From Stegostoma tigrinum (Eukaryota): a DNA stretch of 64,000 nt. The stretch is taken from assembly GCF_030684315.1 (NCBI RefSeq), contig NC_081391.1, forward strand, positions 26,412,888 to 26,476,887, in the 5' to 3' direction. Position numbers and translations under genes: made by a program. This document shows positions 37,425 to 51,345 of this stretch, one piece after another (the first letter of the stretch is position 1; every line of letters begins with the position of its first letter). A model generated the notes under the pieces. The model was not told the origin of the DNA. It worked only from the letters and a program-made list of their open reading frames with translations, and searched no databases.

Positions 37425-37675
37425 AAAGGCCCAGGACGCGGAGGGGTTTCGAACCGCGGTCCAGCAGGCTCCCCAGCTCCCGATCCAGTGACAGTACCAT
37501 GAGGCCACCGCCTGCGCAGGCTCAGTCGCTGCTGCTGCTGCTCACCGGGAGAGTCGGACTCTCGGAGGGTGCGAGCGGGACCGCGCGGTGAGTTAGGCCC
37601 CGGTGCGCAGCGCGGGGGGAGCCGGAGACTCGGCCGGGGCCGCTGGAGAATCGGGAGCGGCCTTTCACCCGCGAC
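37425..37675 (+). promoter_or_regulatory. Small CpG island / promoter with first exon ending at 37587
   Basis: Clearest CpG-dense non-repeat patch in the window. NRF1-like palindrome gcctgcgcaggc (37510-37521); strong donor GCG|gtgagt at 37588. Confidence 0.65.
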
Positions 37676-39900
37676 CCCAATTCACCCAAATACCCCTCTC
37701 CATAATCTCTAAATTCCCCAATTCACTTAAATACCCCCTCTCCATAATCTCTCAATACCCCAATTCACCCAAATACCCCTCTCCATAATCTCTAAATACC
37801 CCAATTCACACAAATACCCCAATTCACTCAAATACCCCTCTCCATAATCTCTCAATACCCCAATTCACTCAAATACCCCTCTCCATAATCTCTAAATACC
37901 CCAATTCACACAAATACCCCAATTCACTCAAATACCCCTCTTCATAATCTCTCAATACCCCAATTCACTCAAATACCCCCCTCTCCATAATCTCTAAATT
38001 CCCCAATTCACTTAAATACCCCTCTTCATAATCTCTCAATACCCCAATTCACTCAAATACCCCTCTCCATAATCTCTAAATACCCCAATTCACACAAATA
38101 CCCCAATTCACTCAAATACCCCTCTCCATAATCTCTCAATACCCCAATTCACACAAATACCCCAATTCACTTAAATACCCCCTCTTCATAATCTCTCAAT
38201 ACCCCAATTCACTCAAATACCCCCCCTCCATAATCTCTAAATACCCCAATTCACTTAAATACCCCTCTTCATAATCTCTCAATACCCCAATTCACTCAAA
38301 TACCCCTCTCCATAATCTCTAAATACCCCAATTCACACAAATACCCCAATTCACTCAAATACCCCTCTCCATAATCTCTAAATACCCCAATTCACACAAA
38401 TACCCCAATTCACTCAAATACCCCTCTCCATAATCTCTAAATTCCCCAATTCACTCAAATACCCCTCTCCATAATCTCTAAATATCCCAATTCACTCAAA
38501 TACCCCTCTCCATAATCTCTAAATACCCCAATTCACACAAATACCCCTCTCCATAATCTCTAAATATCCCAATTCACTCAAATACCCCAATTCACTCAAA
38601 TACCCCTCTCCATAATCTCTAAATACCCCAATTCACTCAAATACCCCTCTCCATAATCTCTAAATACCCCAATTCACTTAAATACCCCCTCTTCATAATC
38701 TCTCAATACCCCAATTCACTCAAATACCCCTCTCCATAATCTCTCAATACCCCAATTCACTCAAATACCCCTCTCCATAATCTCTAAATACCCCAATTCA
38801 CACAAATACCCCAATTCACTCAAATACCCCTCTTCATAATCTCTCAATACCCCAATTCACTCAAATACCCCCCTCTCCATAATCTCTAAATTCCCCAATT
38901 CACTTAAATACCCCTCTTCATAATCTCTCAATACCCCAATTCACTCAAATACCCCTCTCCATAATCTCTAAATACCCCAATTCACACAAATACCCCAATT
39001 CACTCAAATACCCCTCTCCATAATCTCTCAATACCCCAATTCACACAAATACCCCAATTCACTTAAATACCCCCTCTTCATAATCTCTCAATACCCCAAT
39101 TCACTCAAATACCCCCCTCTCCATAATCTCTAAATACCCCAATTCACTTAAATACCCCTCTTCATAATCTCTCAATACCCCAATTCACTCAAATACCCCT
39201 CTCCATAATCTCTAAATACCCCAATTCACACAAATACCCCAATTCACTCAAATACCCCTCTCCATAATCTCTAAATACCCCAATTCACACAAATACCCCA
39301 ATTCACTCAAATACCCCTCTCCATAATCTCTAAATTCCCCAATTCACTCAAATACCCCTCTCCATAATCTCTAAATATCCCAATTCACTCAAATACCCCT
39401 CTCCATAATCTCTAAATACCCCAATTCACACAAATACCCCTCTCCATAATCTCTAAATATCCCAATTCACTCAAATACCCCAATTCACTCAAATACCCCT
39501 CTCCATAATCTCTAAATACCCCAATTCACTCAAATACCCCTCTCCATAATCTCTAAATACCCCAATTCACTTAAATACCCCCTCTTCATAATCTCTCAAT
39601 ACCCCAATTCACTCAAATACCCCTCTCCATAATCTCTAAATACCCCAATTCACTTAAATACCCCCTCTCCATAATCTCTCAATACCCCAATTCACTCAAA
39701 TACCCCTCTCCATAATCTCTAAATCCCCCAATTCACTCAAATACCCCTCTCCATAATCTCTAAATACCCCAACTACCCCCTTTCCATAATCTCTCAATAC
39801 CCCAACTCCCTCAAATAACCCCGCTGCATAATCAGTCAATACCCCAACTCCCTCCAATACAACCCCTCCATAATCTCTCAAAACCCCAACTCCCTCAATA
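37676..39900. repeat. 41-bp (23+18) minisatellite aaatacccctctccataatctct-aaataccccaattcactc with ~892-bp higher-order duplication
   Basis: Tandem units visible; variant pattern at ~37869 recurs at ~38761. Confidence 0.95.
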
Positions 39901-40369
39901 CTTCCTGCAGGGGGATGACAAGGGGTTTGATGGAGAGTAAACCTCCCTCTACTTGTTTAGAGCTGAAAGTAGTGAAAGTAAAACTTGGTTGACACTGAGG
40001 CATCAAACAGTGCCAGGACAGATACAGCACTGAATTAGATACAGAATTATGAACAATATTTGATGGAATATTTTTAGTTTATTGCCTTATCTGCTGTTTT
40101 CAGTTCAGCGGGTTCATAACCTTGAATGAAATTTTTTTGTTGACATTTATTTGTAAATGCAGAACAAGTTGAAGTTTCTGAGGTCATGGTTTGAATGTTA
40201 TGTCAAGCATCAAATTCAGAAACATGCTACATTTTCTGGATACATTTTAGTTGGTGATTGAATGGACTAGAAAATGACTAAGAATAAGAATAAAGCTGAG
40301 GGTTCCTTATTATCGTGTAGAGCTGAAGATTACTGTCTTAAACGATTGCACATGTTTGCACATTGTTCA

Positions 40370-40516
<147 letters not shown>

Positions 40517-40639
40517 TCATTTTAGGAATATTATGAACGTACAATTTAGGAGCAGGAGTAGACCAGTTGGTTCCTCAAGCCTGCTTTGCCATTCAGTAAC
40601 ATTATGGCTGATCTAATTACTTTACATTCCCTTATCAGC

Positions 40640-41590
40640 ATTCTGCAGGGACCATTCCCTCCAGGACGCTCCAGCCCACTCCCCTTCCATTCCCAATATC
40701 TCCTCATATCCCAACAGCAATTGCAGAATACCTGCCCAGTTATCTCCTCCTGCCTCAGTTGTAATTATAAATAATCACAGTCTTGCTTGACCCCAAACAT
40801 ACCTTCCAGATGAAGCAGTGATTTATCTGTCCCTCATTTGGTTTATTTTACTGTATTTGCTGTTCACAGTACAGTCGCCTCTACATTGGGGAAATGATGC
40901 ATGGACTAGGTGACCACTTTGTAGAACACCCGTCTTCTGTTCACAAAAATGATCCTAAGCTTCTTGTAGCCTGCTATTTGAACACACCACCATGTTCCCG
41001 TGCCAGCATTTCAGTAGCAGGCCAGTTGCAGTTTTCCAGTGAGCCTCAGCACAAGCTCAAAAAACATCTTATTGTCCGCATGGGGACCCTGCAACCTCTA
41101 GGACTCAGCATTGAGTTCAATACTTGAGAGCCTGATTCCATCCATCCATCTATTTTTTTTAACCTACCCACGCTTGATCCTGTTCTAACTTGGGTGGCTT
41201 TTAGTACAGTCACCAATTCTCACATGCATAAAACCCCTTAGTCACACTATATGGTATATACAACTCATCCATTTTCTCCTGCTGTCAGTTCTTGTTACCA
41301 CTTATTGAGCATTTGTTTTCTATCCTGACCTGCTATTCATAATCTCCTAATTTAGCTATCCTTTTCATATCTCTCCCTCTGGGCTCCATCGTCACTTCCC
41401 CATTCTTCCTTCCCCTTACCGTAACTTTGACATAAGCATTAATACCACTTTTTTCCCCAGCTGCTAACAGTTCTGACAAATAGTCATCAGAATTTTTAAT
41501 CTCCTTTCTTCCCACAGATGCTGCCAGACCTGCTGAGTTTCTCCAATTTGTTTTTGTTTTACGTCTCCAGCATCTGTCGCCCTTTATTTT
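40640..41590 (+). mobile_element. Old Penelope-like GIY-YIG/3' fragment in the last CDA intron
   Basis: ctctacattggggaa; LGDHFVEH..MGTLQPLGLSIEFN; terminus cacagatgctgccagacctgctgag. Confidence 0.75.
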
Positions 41591-42037
41591 AATGCATTCT
41601 ATTAGCTTTCCCGATTACTTGCTGTACCTTTGTACTCACTTTTTTGGATTCATGCACAAGGGCACCCAGATCCCCCCCCTCAGAATTCTGTAATCTCCCA
41701 CCATTTAAATGACATGTTTATTTTAATCTTCCTGCCAAAATTTTCATTTTCCACATCATATACTCCATTTGCTTTACCTTTGTCCAATCACTTAACCTAT
41801 ATGTATCCCTTTGTAGCCACTTTATGTCCTCTTCACAAATGACTTTCCTATTTTCTTATGAATTAGGTAAATTGTTATGAACGTCTGATCCCACCCCCAA
41901 CTCCATGCAGAATGATCTCATCCCTGAATTTCAGGCTGATTGATAACCCACTGTCAATCTGTACCTGTATATAACTTTGGACAATATTATCAAGTGGATT
42001 AAAGGAGCGTTGGATAAGATTTAAAATGAGACCTCAC

Positions 42038-42095
42038 CTCTCTCATGACTTGTCTGCATGCACCGCATGGAGCAATGAAGTTGTCTGATTTATGA
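42038..42095 (-). CDS. CDA: Cytidine deaminase coding exon 3 (HKSDNFIAPCGACRQVMRE)
   Basis: PCGACRQ zinc motif; 58 bp; tcttgcag| acceptor and |gtgagg donor. Confidence 0.96.
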
Positions 42096-42879
42096 CTGCA
42101 AGACAGCAGAATATGCAGATTTATTAATTTAATTTAAATTTCCCTAGTTGCTGAGTAAGATCTGATTTTCTGTCTCTGGAACATTCATCCTGCACTCTGT
42201 GTTATCAATCTAGAGACACTATCACTATGCTTCTAATCTAATTTAAAATAATTCTATCCATTTCTGCTTATTCCAGAATTCCCCATGGATCTAGAAGTAC
42301 CACTTATATTCCCAACCCACTGCACAGAATCACTTAGACCCATTCCCATCCTGACTGTCTCTGCAACAGCAGCATGTTCAGTTCAGTTGGGAGCTTAAAG
42401 GAAGGGGTGCTTCTGTAACCTGGTCCAATTACCCACTTCCTCCGACATCGCTCTGATTTCCCCCTTTAACAGTTCTGCCTGGTTTCCTGTGTGAAAACTA
42501 TTTCAATTTAAACTGTCTGTCTATTTCTGCACTTTAGGGTTTCTTTAACTAGACTTTAACTTAGCTTTAACTTTTTAGACTTTTGATGGGCTTGCAACTA
42601 ATGTTCATTATTGAAAGAAGAAGCAAAGGATCAAATTCCAAAGTGATGGGTTTGGCTGAGATCAAAGAGATTACAGAGAAGGTAAAACAAGGAGCTGGAC
42701 TATCTGAGGGCAAACCTTTGGTTTAAAGAACTTATTGTATAAGTGAGGGAGATGAGAAACCTCTGGTTTGTGATCCAAGGAGAGATTAAGTTAGAATATG
42801 AAATGAAAGAACTGTTGACTTTGATATGGTATCTAGACTGCCCAACTTCCTGATGTAGCCCTACAGCGAGGTTCAGTCA

Positions 42880-43026
<147 letters not shown>

Positions 43027-43214
43027 TCAAAGGCAAGAAGGAGGAGTAGCACTTCATTTTCAAATTAGGTATTTTATAACCTTCAACAACTTCAGGCCAT
43101 GAGCGCTGACTTCCATTTTGATGTTTTTCCCTCTTCATGTCGTATCTTTTAACATTTTTTCAGTCAGAGCTGACCCTTACCTTGCCATTAAGTCTAGGTC
43201 TGAAATGATGCTTT

Positions 43215-44170
43215 GTCCTATAAATGATTTGGATGTGAATATCAGAGGGACAGTTAGTAAGTTTGTAGGTGACACCAAAATTGAAGGTGTTGTGGGCAAC
43301 CAAGGAGGTTACCTCAGAATACAAAGGGACCTTGAATAGATAGGCCAGTGGGCAAAGGAGTGCCAGATGGAGTTTAATTTGAATAAATGTGAGGGGCTGC
43401 ATTTTGAGAAGGCAAGTCAGGGCAGGACATACACACTTAATAGTAAGGTCTAGGAGTACGTTGATGAACAAAGAGACCTTGGAATGCAAGTTAATAGTTC
43501 CATGAAAGTGGGGTCATGGGTAGACAGGATAGTGAAGGAGGTGTTTGGCATGCATGCTTTTATTGGCCACTGCATTGCGAATAGGAGTTGGGAGGTCATG
43601 CTGTGGCTGTGCAGGACATTGGTGAGGCCACTTTTGCAATACTGCATTCAATTCTAGTCTTCCTGCTAATGGAAATATGTTGTCAAATTTGAAAAGGTTC
43701 GGAAAAGATTTACGAGGCTGTTACGAGGGTTGGAGGGTTTGAGTCTTAGGGAGAGGCTAAATAGGCTGGGGCTATTTTCCTTGTGGTGTCGGAGGCTGAG
43801 GGGTTACCTTATGGAAGTTTATACGATCATAAAGGGTATGGATAGGGTGAATAGTCATTCCCCAGGTTAGGGGAGTCCATAATTGGAGGGCATGGGTTAA
43901 GGTGAGAGGAGAAAGATTTAAAAGGGACCTAAGGAGCAACTTTTTCAAACCAAGTGTGGTGAATGTATGGAATGAGCTGCCAGAGGAGGTGGTGGAGGCT
44001 GGTACAGTTACAACATCAAAAAGGTATCTGGATGGGTGCATGAATAGGAAGAGTTTAGAGGGAGATAGGCCAAAAGCTGGCGAATGAGACTTAATTAATT
44101 TAGGATATCTGGTCAGCGTGGATGAGTTGGGCCAAAGGGTCTTTTCTCAGGTATACATCTCTATGACTCC
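43215..44170 (+). mobile_element. CR1 3' fragment in a CDA intron
   Basis: INDLD..SKFVGDTK and WNELPEEVV remnants. Confidence 0.9.
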
Positions 44171-45922
44171 TGTGAACTCATTATCACTCCCTTTGTCTTT
44201 TGTTCTGTGACACCTCTAATGTCCCTCATCCTCTAACGTTCCCCTAACCTTCCCATCTTGTTCCTCCCCAACCTTTCTACATTAAAATCCCATCACTTTT
44301 CCACTTTTCTCTTCACATCTGAAGAAGTCATAATGGACTTGAATGTTAATTTTGTTTCTGTCATTACAGATGTTGCCAGACATGAGTTTCTCCATCATTT
44401 TCTGTTTCTATTTCAATCTAGCATCCACAGTATTTTGCTTTCGTCAAATTAGTAGGGATCTGCATCTCTCACTCTCACTTTCTCACTTTCCAAAAGTTGC
44501 CAAAACTAATCTCCAAGGGTGTGCCCTGTCTGACACCAAGCTGAATGGCTGTTAGGGGCTTCATACCCTCAACTGATCCCTTCCTAACGTTCATCTACAG
44601 GAACTTTTTGGCACAAGTGACTGGAGAGAGGCTATGAGCAAAGATCCCTGGCTCATTCCATTTTCCCTTTGCCAAAGAGATACTGACTCCAATATTAGCT
44701 CTTGTCACTGCTGCAGTTGTATTCAGTATAATCAACACAAACTGCAAGTTGATCCTGAGGCCTTTCCATTCTGTATTGTGTCAGTTATGTTACAACTAAT
44801 GCAAATAGCATACAAATTAATTGGCAAGGTCTAGCCCTATCTCTCAAATGGTCAATACTGTGTGCCAGGTATGCACACAAGAATCTGCAACATTTCTGCC
44901 TCCCAGTGCTATGTTAGTAGCTTAAAATTAAACTGTGACCAGTGGATATTTGAGCAGTTGGTGAAAGGTTGTGGTGAGTTCCTGAATAATGTTTAACTGG
45001 ATCTGTTGACCTTTGGGTTAGCAATATCTTGGGCAACAGAACAGGATGTGACTGTGTTAGCATCCAATGCGGATTGCAGCCAGAAATGTTGAAACTTGTT
45101 ACTTTGAGATATAGTTTATAACCACCAATTACATTCAATTTGAGATGGACAGGCAGAATAGATTTTTAGTTAGCTACACTATTACTCTGTGTGTTATCCA
45201 TCATTAGCCCTTGATTCCTCTTGTCATTTCAGCATGTGCTTTCTGGGGCAGTTTTTTCAAAATAGGTAACACACAAAACTCTTTGTTACTATTAGTGCAA
45301 GTTTACTGTCAACATCTGAGGCGACATTATCTGAAAGAGGCAGAGAGGTTTGGTCTGAAGTATACAGTGCTTCTGCTCGGTTTCCTAGGTTCATAGGATA
45401 AGTAAAGCGTTTGGAGTCCTTGACACTAAAAAAACTGATACCTGATTGGAGTTGATGACATTTAAATAAGTGTAAGCAGTTATTTAATCACCTCCCAAGA
45501 TAGATTCCCACGTCAGAGGGAACATGCCTACTATGTACTGGGCATTACATTTTCAAGTGGGGTCTCTCATTAATACAAGTGTGTAAACAGCCAACTTAGC
45601 CCATCAGCACAGTAGTCTAAATCTTGGGCTAGATGGCCTTGTGTGTTCTTCTGACACAGGGGGTTGGTCCCTGAAATTTGGACTTCTCGCACTCAGACGT
45701 TGGTAAAGGGCACTGATGTGATAAAAATTCAACAAGCTACTTGTAAGATGTACAAACCAATCTGAATTGGTTTATGATTTTTTTAAAAAAGCTCATGACT
45801 TTTAGAATAAATCTCTTTATTTTTAAGTTATTCATGATTTTATGAGACAATGACATTAAGGTTATTGTGGATATGGACAGTGTAGATCTATGAGGGGAAA
45901 CACAAACACTGATCTCAAGCTA

Positions 45923-46047
45923 ATAAAATGTGAGGCTGGATGAACACAGCAGGCCAAGCAGCATCTCAGGAGCTGCTTGGCCTGCTGTGTTCATCCAGCC
46001 TCACATTTTATTATCTTGGAATCTCCAGCATCTGCAGTTCCCATTAT
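45923..46047. mobile_element. Minimal fold-back Penelope-like insertion, TSD cactgatctcaagcta
   Basis: ~42-bp inverted arms plus a one-sided tail; TSD at 45907-45922 and 46048-46063. Confidence 0.9.
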
Positions 46048-46203
46048 CACTGATCTCAAGCTACTGTGTCTCAATTGGTTCCAGGTGATTTCCTCTGACC
46101 AGTTTAACCTGTGGCAGCATTAACTGAGTATGCACGTTGTTGATCAAGTCAGGGTCTGCCCTATCAACACATCTTTCAGTTAAAAAGCAGAGGTCCCAAC
46201 CTA

Positions 46204-46446
<243 letters not shown>

Positions 46447-48133
46447 TCAGTATACTTGCTGTTGCTTTTCTGACCACAGAGCTGTTAATAAATAGCTCCA
46501 ATCGTGCAGGGTGGATCCTTTGCATTTGTCAACACTGCAACATACCACCCTTTTTTGCCTGAAACAGCATCTACCATAGTTTCATAAGCATGTTCTCTGT
46601 AACCATGGTCCCCATTATTGTCATCTGCCTCAAGCAGGAGAGAGTGTTCCAGTTAATGTGTGTGAGTGATGCTGTCTCAAAGGCATTAGGGTATGGTATA
46701 CATAAAAGCACATGAATTAGGAGAAGGAATAGGCCACTCAGCCCCTCAAGCCAATACTACCATCCAGTAAGATCATGGATGATCCAATTACTTCAACTCC
46801 TGCCTAGACCTAATTCACCCCTTTCTTGTCAAGAATCTATCTACCTCTGGCTTAAACATATTCAGGGCCTCTGCTTTCACCCCCTTTCCAGGCAGAGAGT
46901 CACAATCCTCTGAGAAAGAAAAACATCCTCTTCATCTCTGTTGTAACTGAGTGGTCCCTTATTAGTAAACAGTGATCCCTGGTTCTAGATTCTCCCATAA
47001 GAGAAAACGTCCTTTGCACATCCTCCTGATCAAAACTCTTCAGGATTTCATGTTTCAATGAAGTCACCTCAAACTCTTCTCATCTTCAGCGGATACAAGC
47101 CTAACCTGTACAACCTTTCCTCATAAAACAACAGCACACTCCCCCATTTCAGGTATTAGTCTAGTAAACCTTCTCTGAATCGTTTAGATGACTGTAGCCC
47201 CCTCAGCTGTGGGGCCTCCTTGCCCTATTCATTCAGTCACCCCCTCCTGTCCCTGATTAGTAACACCAGAGGATCCTATCCTAGGGGTTGTGACTGTCTC
47301 CTGGAATGAAGTGTCCAAGTAACTTTCACCCACTTGTGTTCTGGTGGGGGAAAGGTGGGAAAATGAGCAAGCAGTGGCTGCTGACTGAGTGGTGGAAATG
47401 GACAAGGGAAAAGGGGGAGCTGTTAGATGTTGGGGGCAGTGCTAGGTGTATGTTTGGAAATCCTGCAGACCCTGTTGAATGTGTCCTCTGGGTAGATTTC
47501 TCAATATTAAAGACATTCAGGGATATGTGGATGATGTAGGAAAATGGTATTGAAGTAGAAGCTCAGTCATGATCTAATTGAGGATTAGAGCAAGGCCAGT
47601 GGGCTGAATGGCCATCTCCTGAATCTAATTCTTGTGTTCAAGGAGCAATTACATTGGAGGAAGGGTGTGAGCCAATAACTGTTAGGCTTGCTAAGGTGTG
47701 CTCAGGCCTAGCGTGGAGAAAGGGAGAAGGTGCTGAATCCCACTCAAGTGCAGTTGCATGGTATCAGCTTCCTATTATGGTAATTCCTCATTTATAAATT
47801 GGGATCTTAAGTATTGTCAGATTATGAACCACACACGAGTTGCTTCATAATTTGCTCTTGCACTTCCCAGGCATAAATATTGTCACATGATGCACAACTA
47901 GTGATAAATACTTCATCATTGTGTATGGAACATGTAAAATTTTAAGAATCCCAGTGAAGATTTTTCAAAATTCACTTACAATTCAGACCTTTCTGAGTGC
48001 GCTTTGAATATTTATCAAGCTTTCTGGGCCTGCTTTGCAGCCAGCAACAGTCCACTGAATAGTGAAGTTACAGTGACAGGATGTCATCAACTGACAAGTC
48101 ACCATCTCCAAATATGGATGGACTGGACATATG

Positions 48134-48465
48134 GGGAGGTGATGGCCTAGTGGTGTTATCACTGGACTGTTAATCCAGAAAACCAGATAACTGGGGACCA
48201 GAGTTCAAATCCTTCCATGGCAGATGGTGGAATTTGAATTCAATAAAAATAATCTGGAATTAAGGATCTAATGATGACCATGAACCCATTGTCAGGAAAA
48301 ACCCATCTGATTCACTGATGTCCTTTAGGGAAGGAAACTGCCATCCTTACCTGGTCCTACATGTGATCCAGACACATGTGGTTGACTCTGAAGTGACCTC
48401 TGGGCAATTGGGGATGGGCAATAAATGCTGCCTAGCCAGTGACACCCTCTTCCCATGAATACATT
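48134..48465 (+). mobile_element. Deu-domain-type tRNA SINE
   Basis: A box tggcctagtgg and B box agttcaaatcc; gggcaattgggatgggcaataaatgctg 3' part. Confidence 0.75.
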
Positions 48466-51166
48466 TTAAGAAAAAGGCAATTTTCACTTTTCTCACCAAA
48501 TTTATTACAGGTTGGAACATATGAAAAGATCTTATGCCTCTCCAGCCTGCCCCTTTCAGCTTGGATTCCTTAAGAATCATAAACATAAAGGTTAAAGTTT
48601 TTAATTGGAGTAAGGCAAATTTTAACGATATGAAACAAGAACTTTCAAAATTTGATTGGATTGACTGTTCACAAGTTAAGGAAATCTGATAAGTGGGAGG
48701 CTTTCAAACATGTGATAAAGAAAGTTCAGAGTCATATCAGTTATAGAAAACCATGTTCAATTGAAACTCTTGAAAAAAGAATGTAGGGGCATTCTTAAAA
48801 GGAAGATCGGGATAACAAAAACGGGATATGAGGTAACTTTGGCAGAAAAGTTTAAGGACAATCTACAGATACTCAACAAGTACATAAAGAGCAACTAAAG
48901 ACAGAGTAGGGCCCTTAAAGATCAAAGAGCAATTTTGTGTTGAAGCTCAGGAAGTGGGAGAGATACTAAATGAATATTTTGCGTTAGTTTTTACCATAGC
49001 GTAAGAAATGGAGTCTAGAAAATAAATATTGATGTCTTGAAAACAGTTCACATTAAGAAGTAATAGTGCTGGGGGCTCTCGGAAAATATTAAGGTGGATA
49101 TATCTCTAGGACCTGATCTAGTATATCCCAGGATGTTATAGGACGTTAGGGAGGAAATTGCGGGGCCTGTTGTAGAGATATCTATCATCTAAAGCTATGG
49201 GTGATGTGCCAGATGACATGAGAGTGGCTAATAGTCACAAAGTCATACAACATGGGAACAGACCCTTTGTTCCAACCAGTCCATGCCGAACATAATCCGA
49301 CCTGCCTGCTTCTGGCTCATATCCCTCCAATAGTTTCATATTCATTTACTTAAACAAATGTTTTCTAAATGTTGTAATTGTACCCACATCCACCACTTCC
49401 TCAAGAAGTTCATTCCACACATGAACTACTCTCTGCGTAAAATAATTGCCTCATGTTAGTTTTAAATCTCTCTCCTCTTACCTTAAAAATATGACCCCTA
49501 GTCTTGATATCTCCCATCCTATGGAAAAGATGTTTACCATTATCTATACCTGTACCCCTCATTATTTTATAAACTTCTATCAGGTCAGCTCTCAACCTCC
49601 CACACTCCAATAAAAATGGTTCCAGTCTATCCAGCCTTTCTTTATAACTCAAACCTTCCATACCCGTCAACATCCTGGTAAATCTCTTTTGAACCCTCTA
49701 TAGCTTTATGATGTACTTCCTGTAACTGGGTGACCAGAACTGAACACAGTATTCTAGAAGAGGCCTCACCAATGTCCTGTACAGCCTCAACATGAATTCC
49801 CAACTCCTGTACTCAAAGGATTGAGTAATGAAGGGAAGCGTGCCAAACGCCTTTTAACCACCCTGTCTACATGTGTTGCAAACTTTAAAGAATTTGAAAA
49901 CTGTAGCCCTAGGTTCCTCTGTTCTATAACGCTAACCAGGCCCTATCATGATTTGTATAAAGCCCTACCCTTGTTGGTTGCACCAAAATGCATTATCTCA
50001 CGTTTATCCAGATTGAACTCCATCTGCCATTATTCAGCCCATTAACCCATTTGATCAAGATCCCTTTGTAATCTTAGAAAACTACCTTCACTCTCTACTA
50101 TGCCATCAATTTTGGTGTCATCCTCAAACTTACTAACCATGCCTTTTAAATACTCATCAAAATCATTTATGTAAATGACAAACAGAAAAGGACCCAGAAC
50201 CAATACCTGTGGAACACTGCTGGTCCCAGGCCTCCAGTCTGAAAAACAGCCCTCCACCACCAACTCTCTTCCGTCATCAATCTTTTTGGTAACTTGCTCA
50301 AAAAAACTCAATCAAGTTTGTGAGATGCAATTTTCCTTGCACAAAACCATGCTGACTGTCCCTAATCAATTTTTGCTCCTCTAAATGTCCATAAATCCTA
50401 TCTTTTATAATGGCCTCCAACACTTTACCCACAACTCGCAGGTCAGACTCGCGGGTCTATAGTTCCCAGGTTTCTCCTTACAACCTTTCTTAAGCAAAGG
50501 TACAAAATTCGCCATCCTTCAGTCATCAGGTACCTCACCCATAGTTGTAAATGATGCAAATTTTTCTGCAAGGGGTGTCATAATTTTCTCCCTTACTTCC
50601 TATAATGTTCTGGGATACATTAGATCAGATCGCAGAGATTTATCCAGGTTTGTATTCTCTAAGACTTTCCTAACTTGCTCTTCTGTAATGTGAACTGTTT
50701 TTAAAACATCAAAGTTTATTTCTCTGTATTCTCTAGAGTCTGTCTTTCTCCCTAGTAAAATCTAACGCGAAATATTCATTTAGCACCTCTCCCATCTCCT
50801 GATTCAACACAAAGGTGACCCCCTTCATTTTTAAGAGGCCCTACCCTCTCTCTAGTTACCCTTTTGCTCTTAATGTATTTGGAGAATCCTTTTGGATTGT
50901 CCCTAACCTTATCTACCAATGCTAACTCATACACCCCTCCCCCCACTTTTGCTTTCTTGATTCCTCTGTTAAGAATGCCCCTACATTCTTCATATCGATT
51001 AAGAGATTCAATTGAACCAAGTTGTCTATATGTGGAATAAGATTCTCTCTTATTCTCGAATAGGACCTCAATGTCTTTATTCATCCATTGTTCCTTAATC
51101 TTACCAGCCTTATCCTTCACTCTAACAGGAACAAACCATCCTTAAACTTGCATCATTATGCTCTTG

Positions 51167-51345
51167 TGATAATGGGAACTGCAGATGCTGGAGAATCCAA
51201 GATAATAAAATGTGAGGCTGGATGAACACAGCAGGCTCAGGAGCACATCAGGCTCTGTGATGAAGGGTCTAGGCCCGAAACGTCAGCTTTTGTGCTCCTG
51301 AGATGCTGCTGGGCCTGCTGTGTTCATCCAGCCTCACATTTTATT
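51167..51345. mobile_element. Mini fold-back Penelope-like insertion, TSD atcattatgctcttg
   Basis: TSD at 51152-51166 and 51346-51360. Confidence 0.88.

Noticed and set aside
37428-37512. Functional tRNA gene
   Set aside because: A/B boxes are present but there is no convincing cloverleaf; it aligns to a SINE head. The same applies to the other A/B-box hits.
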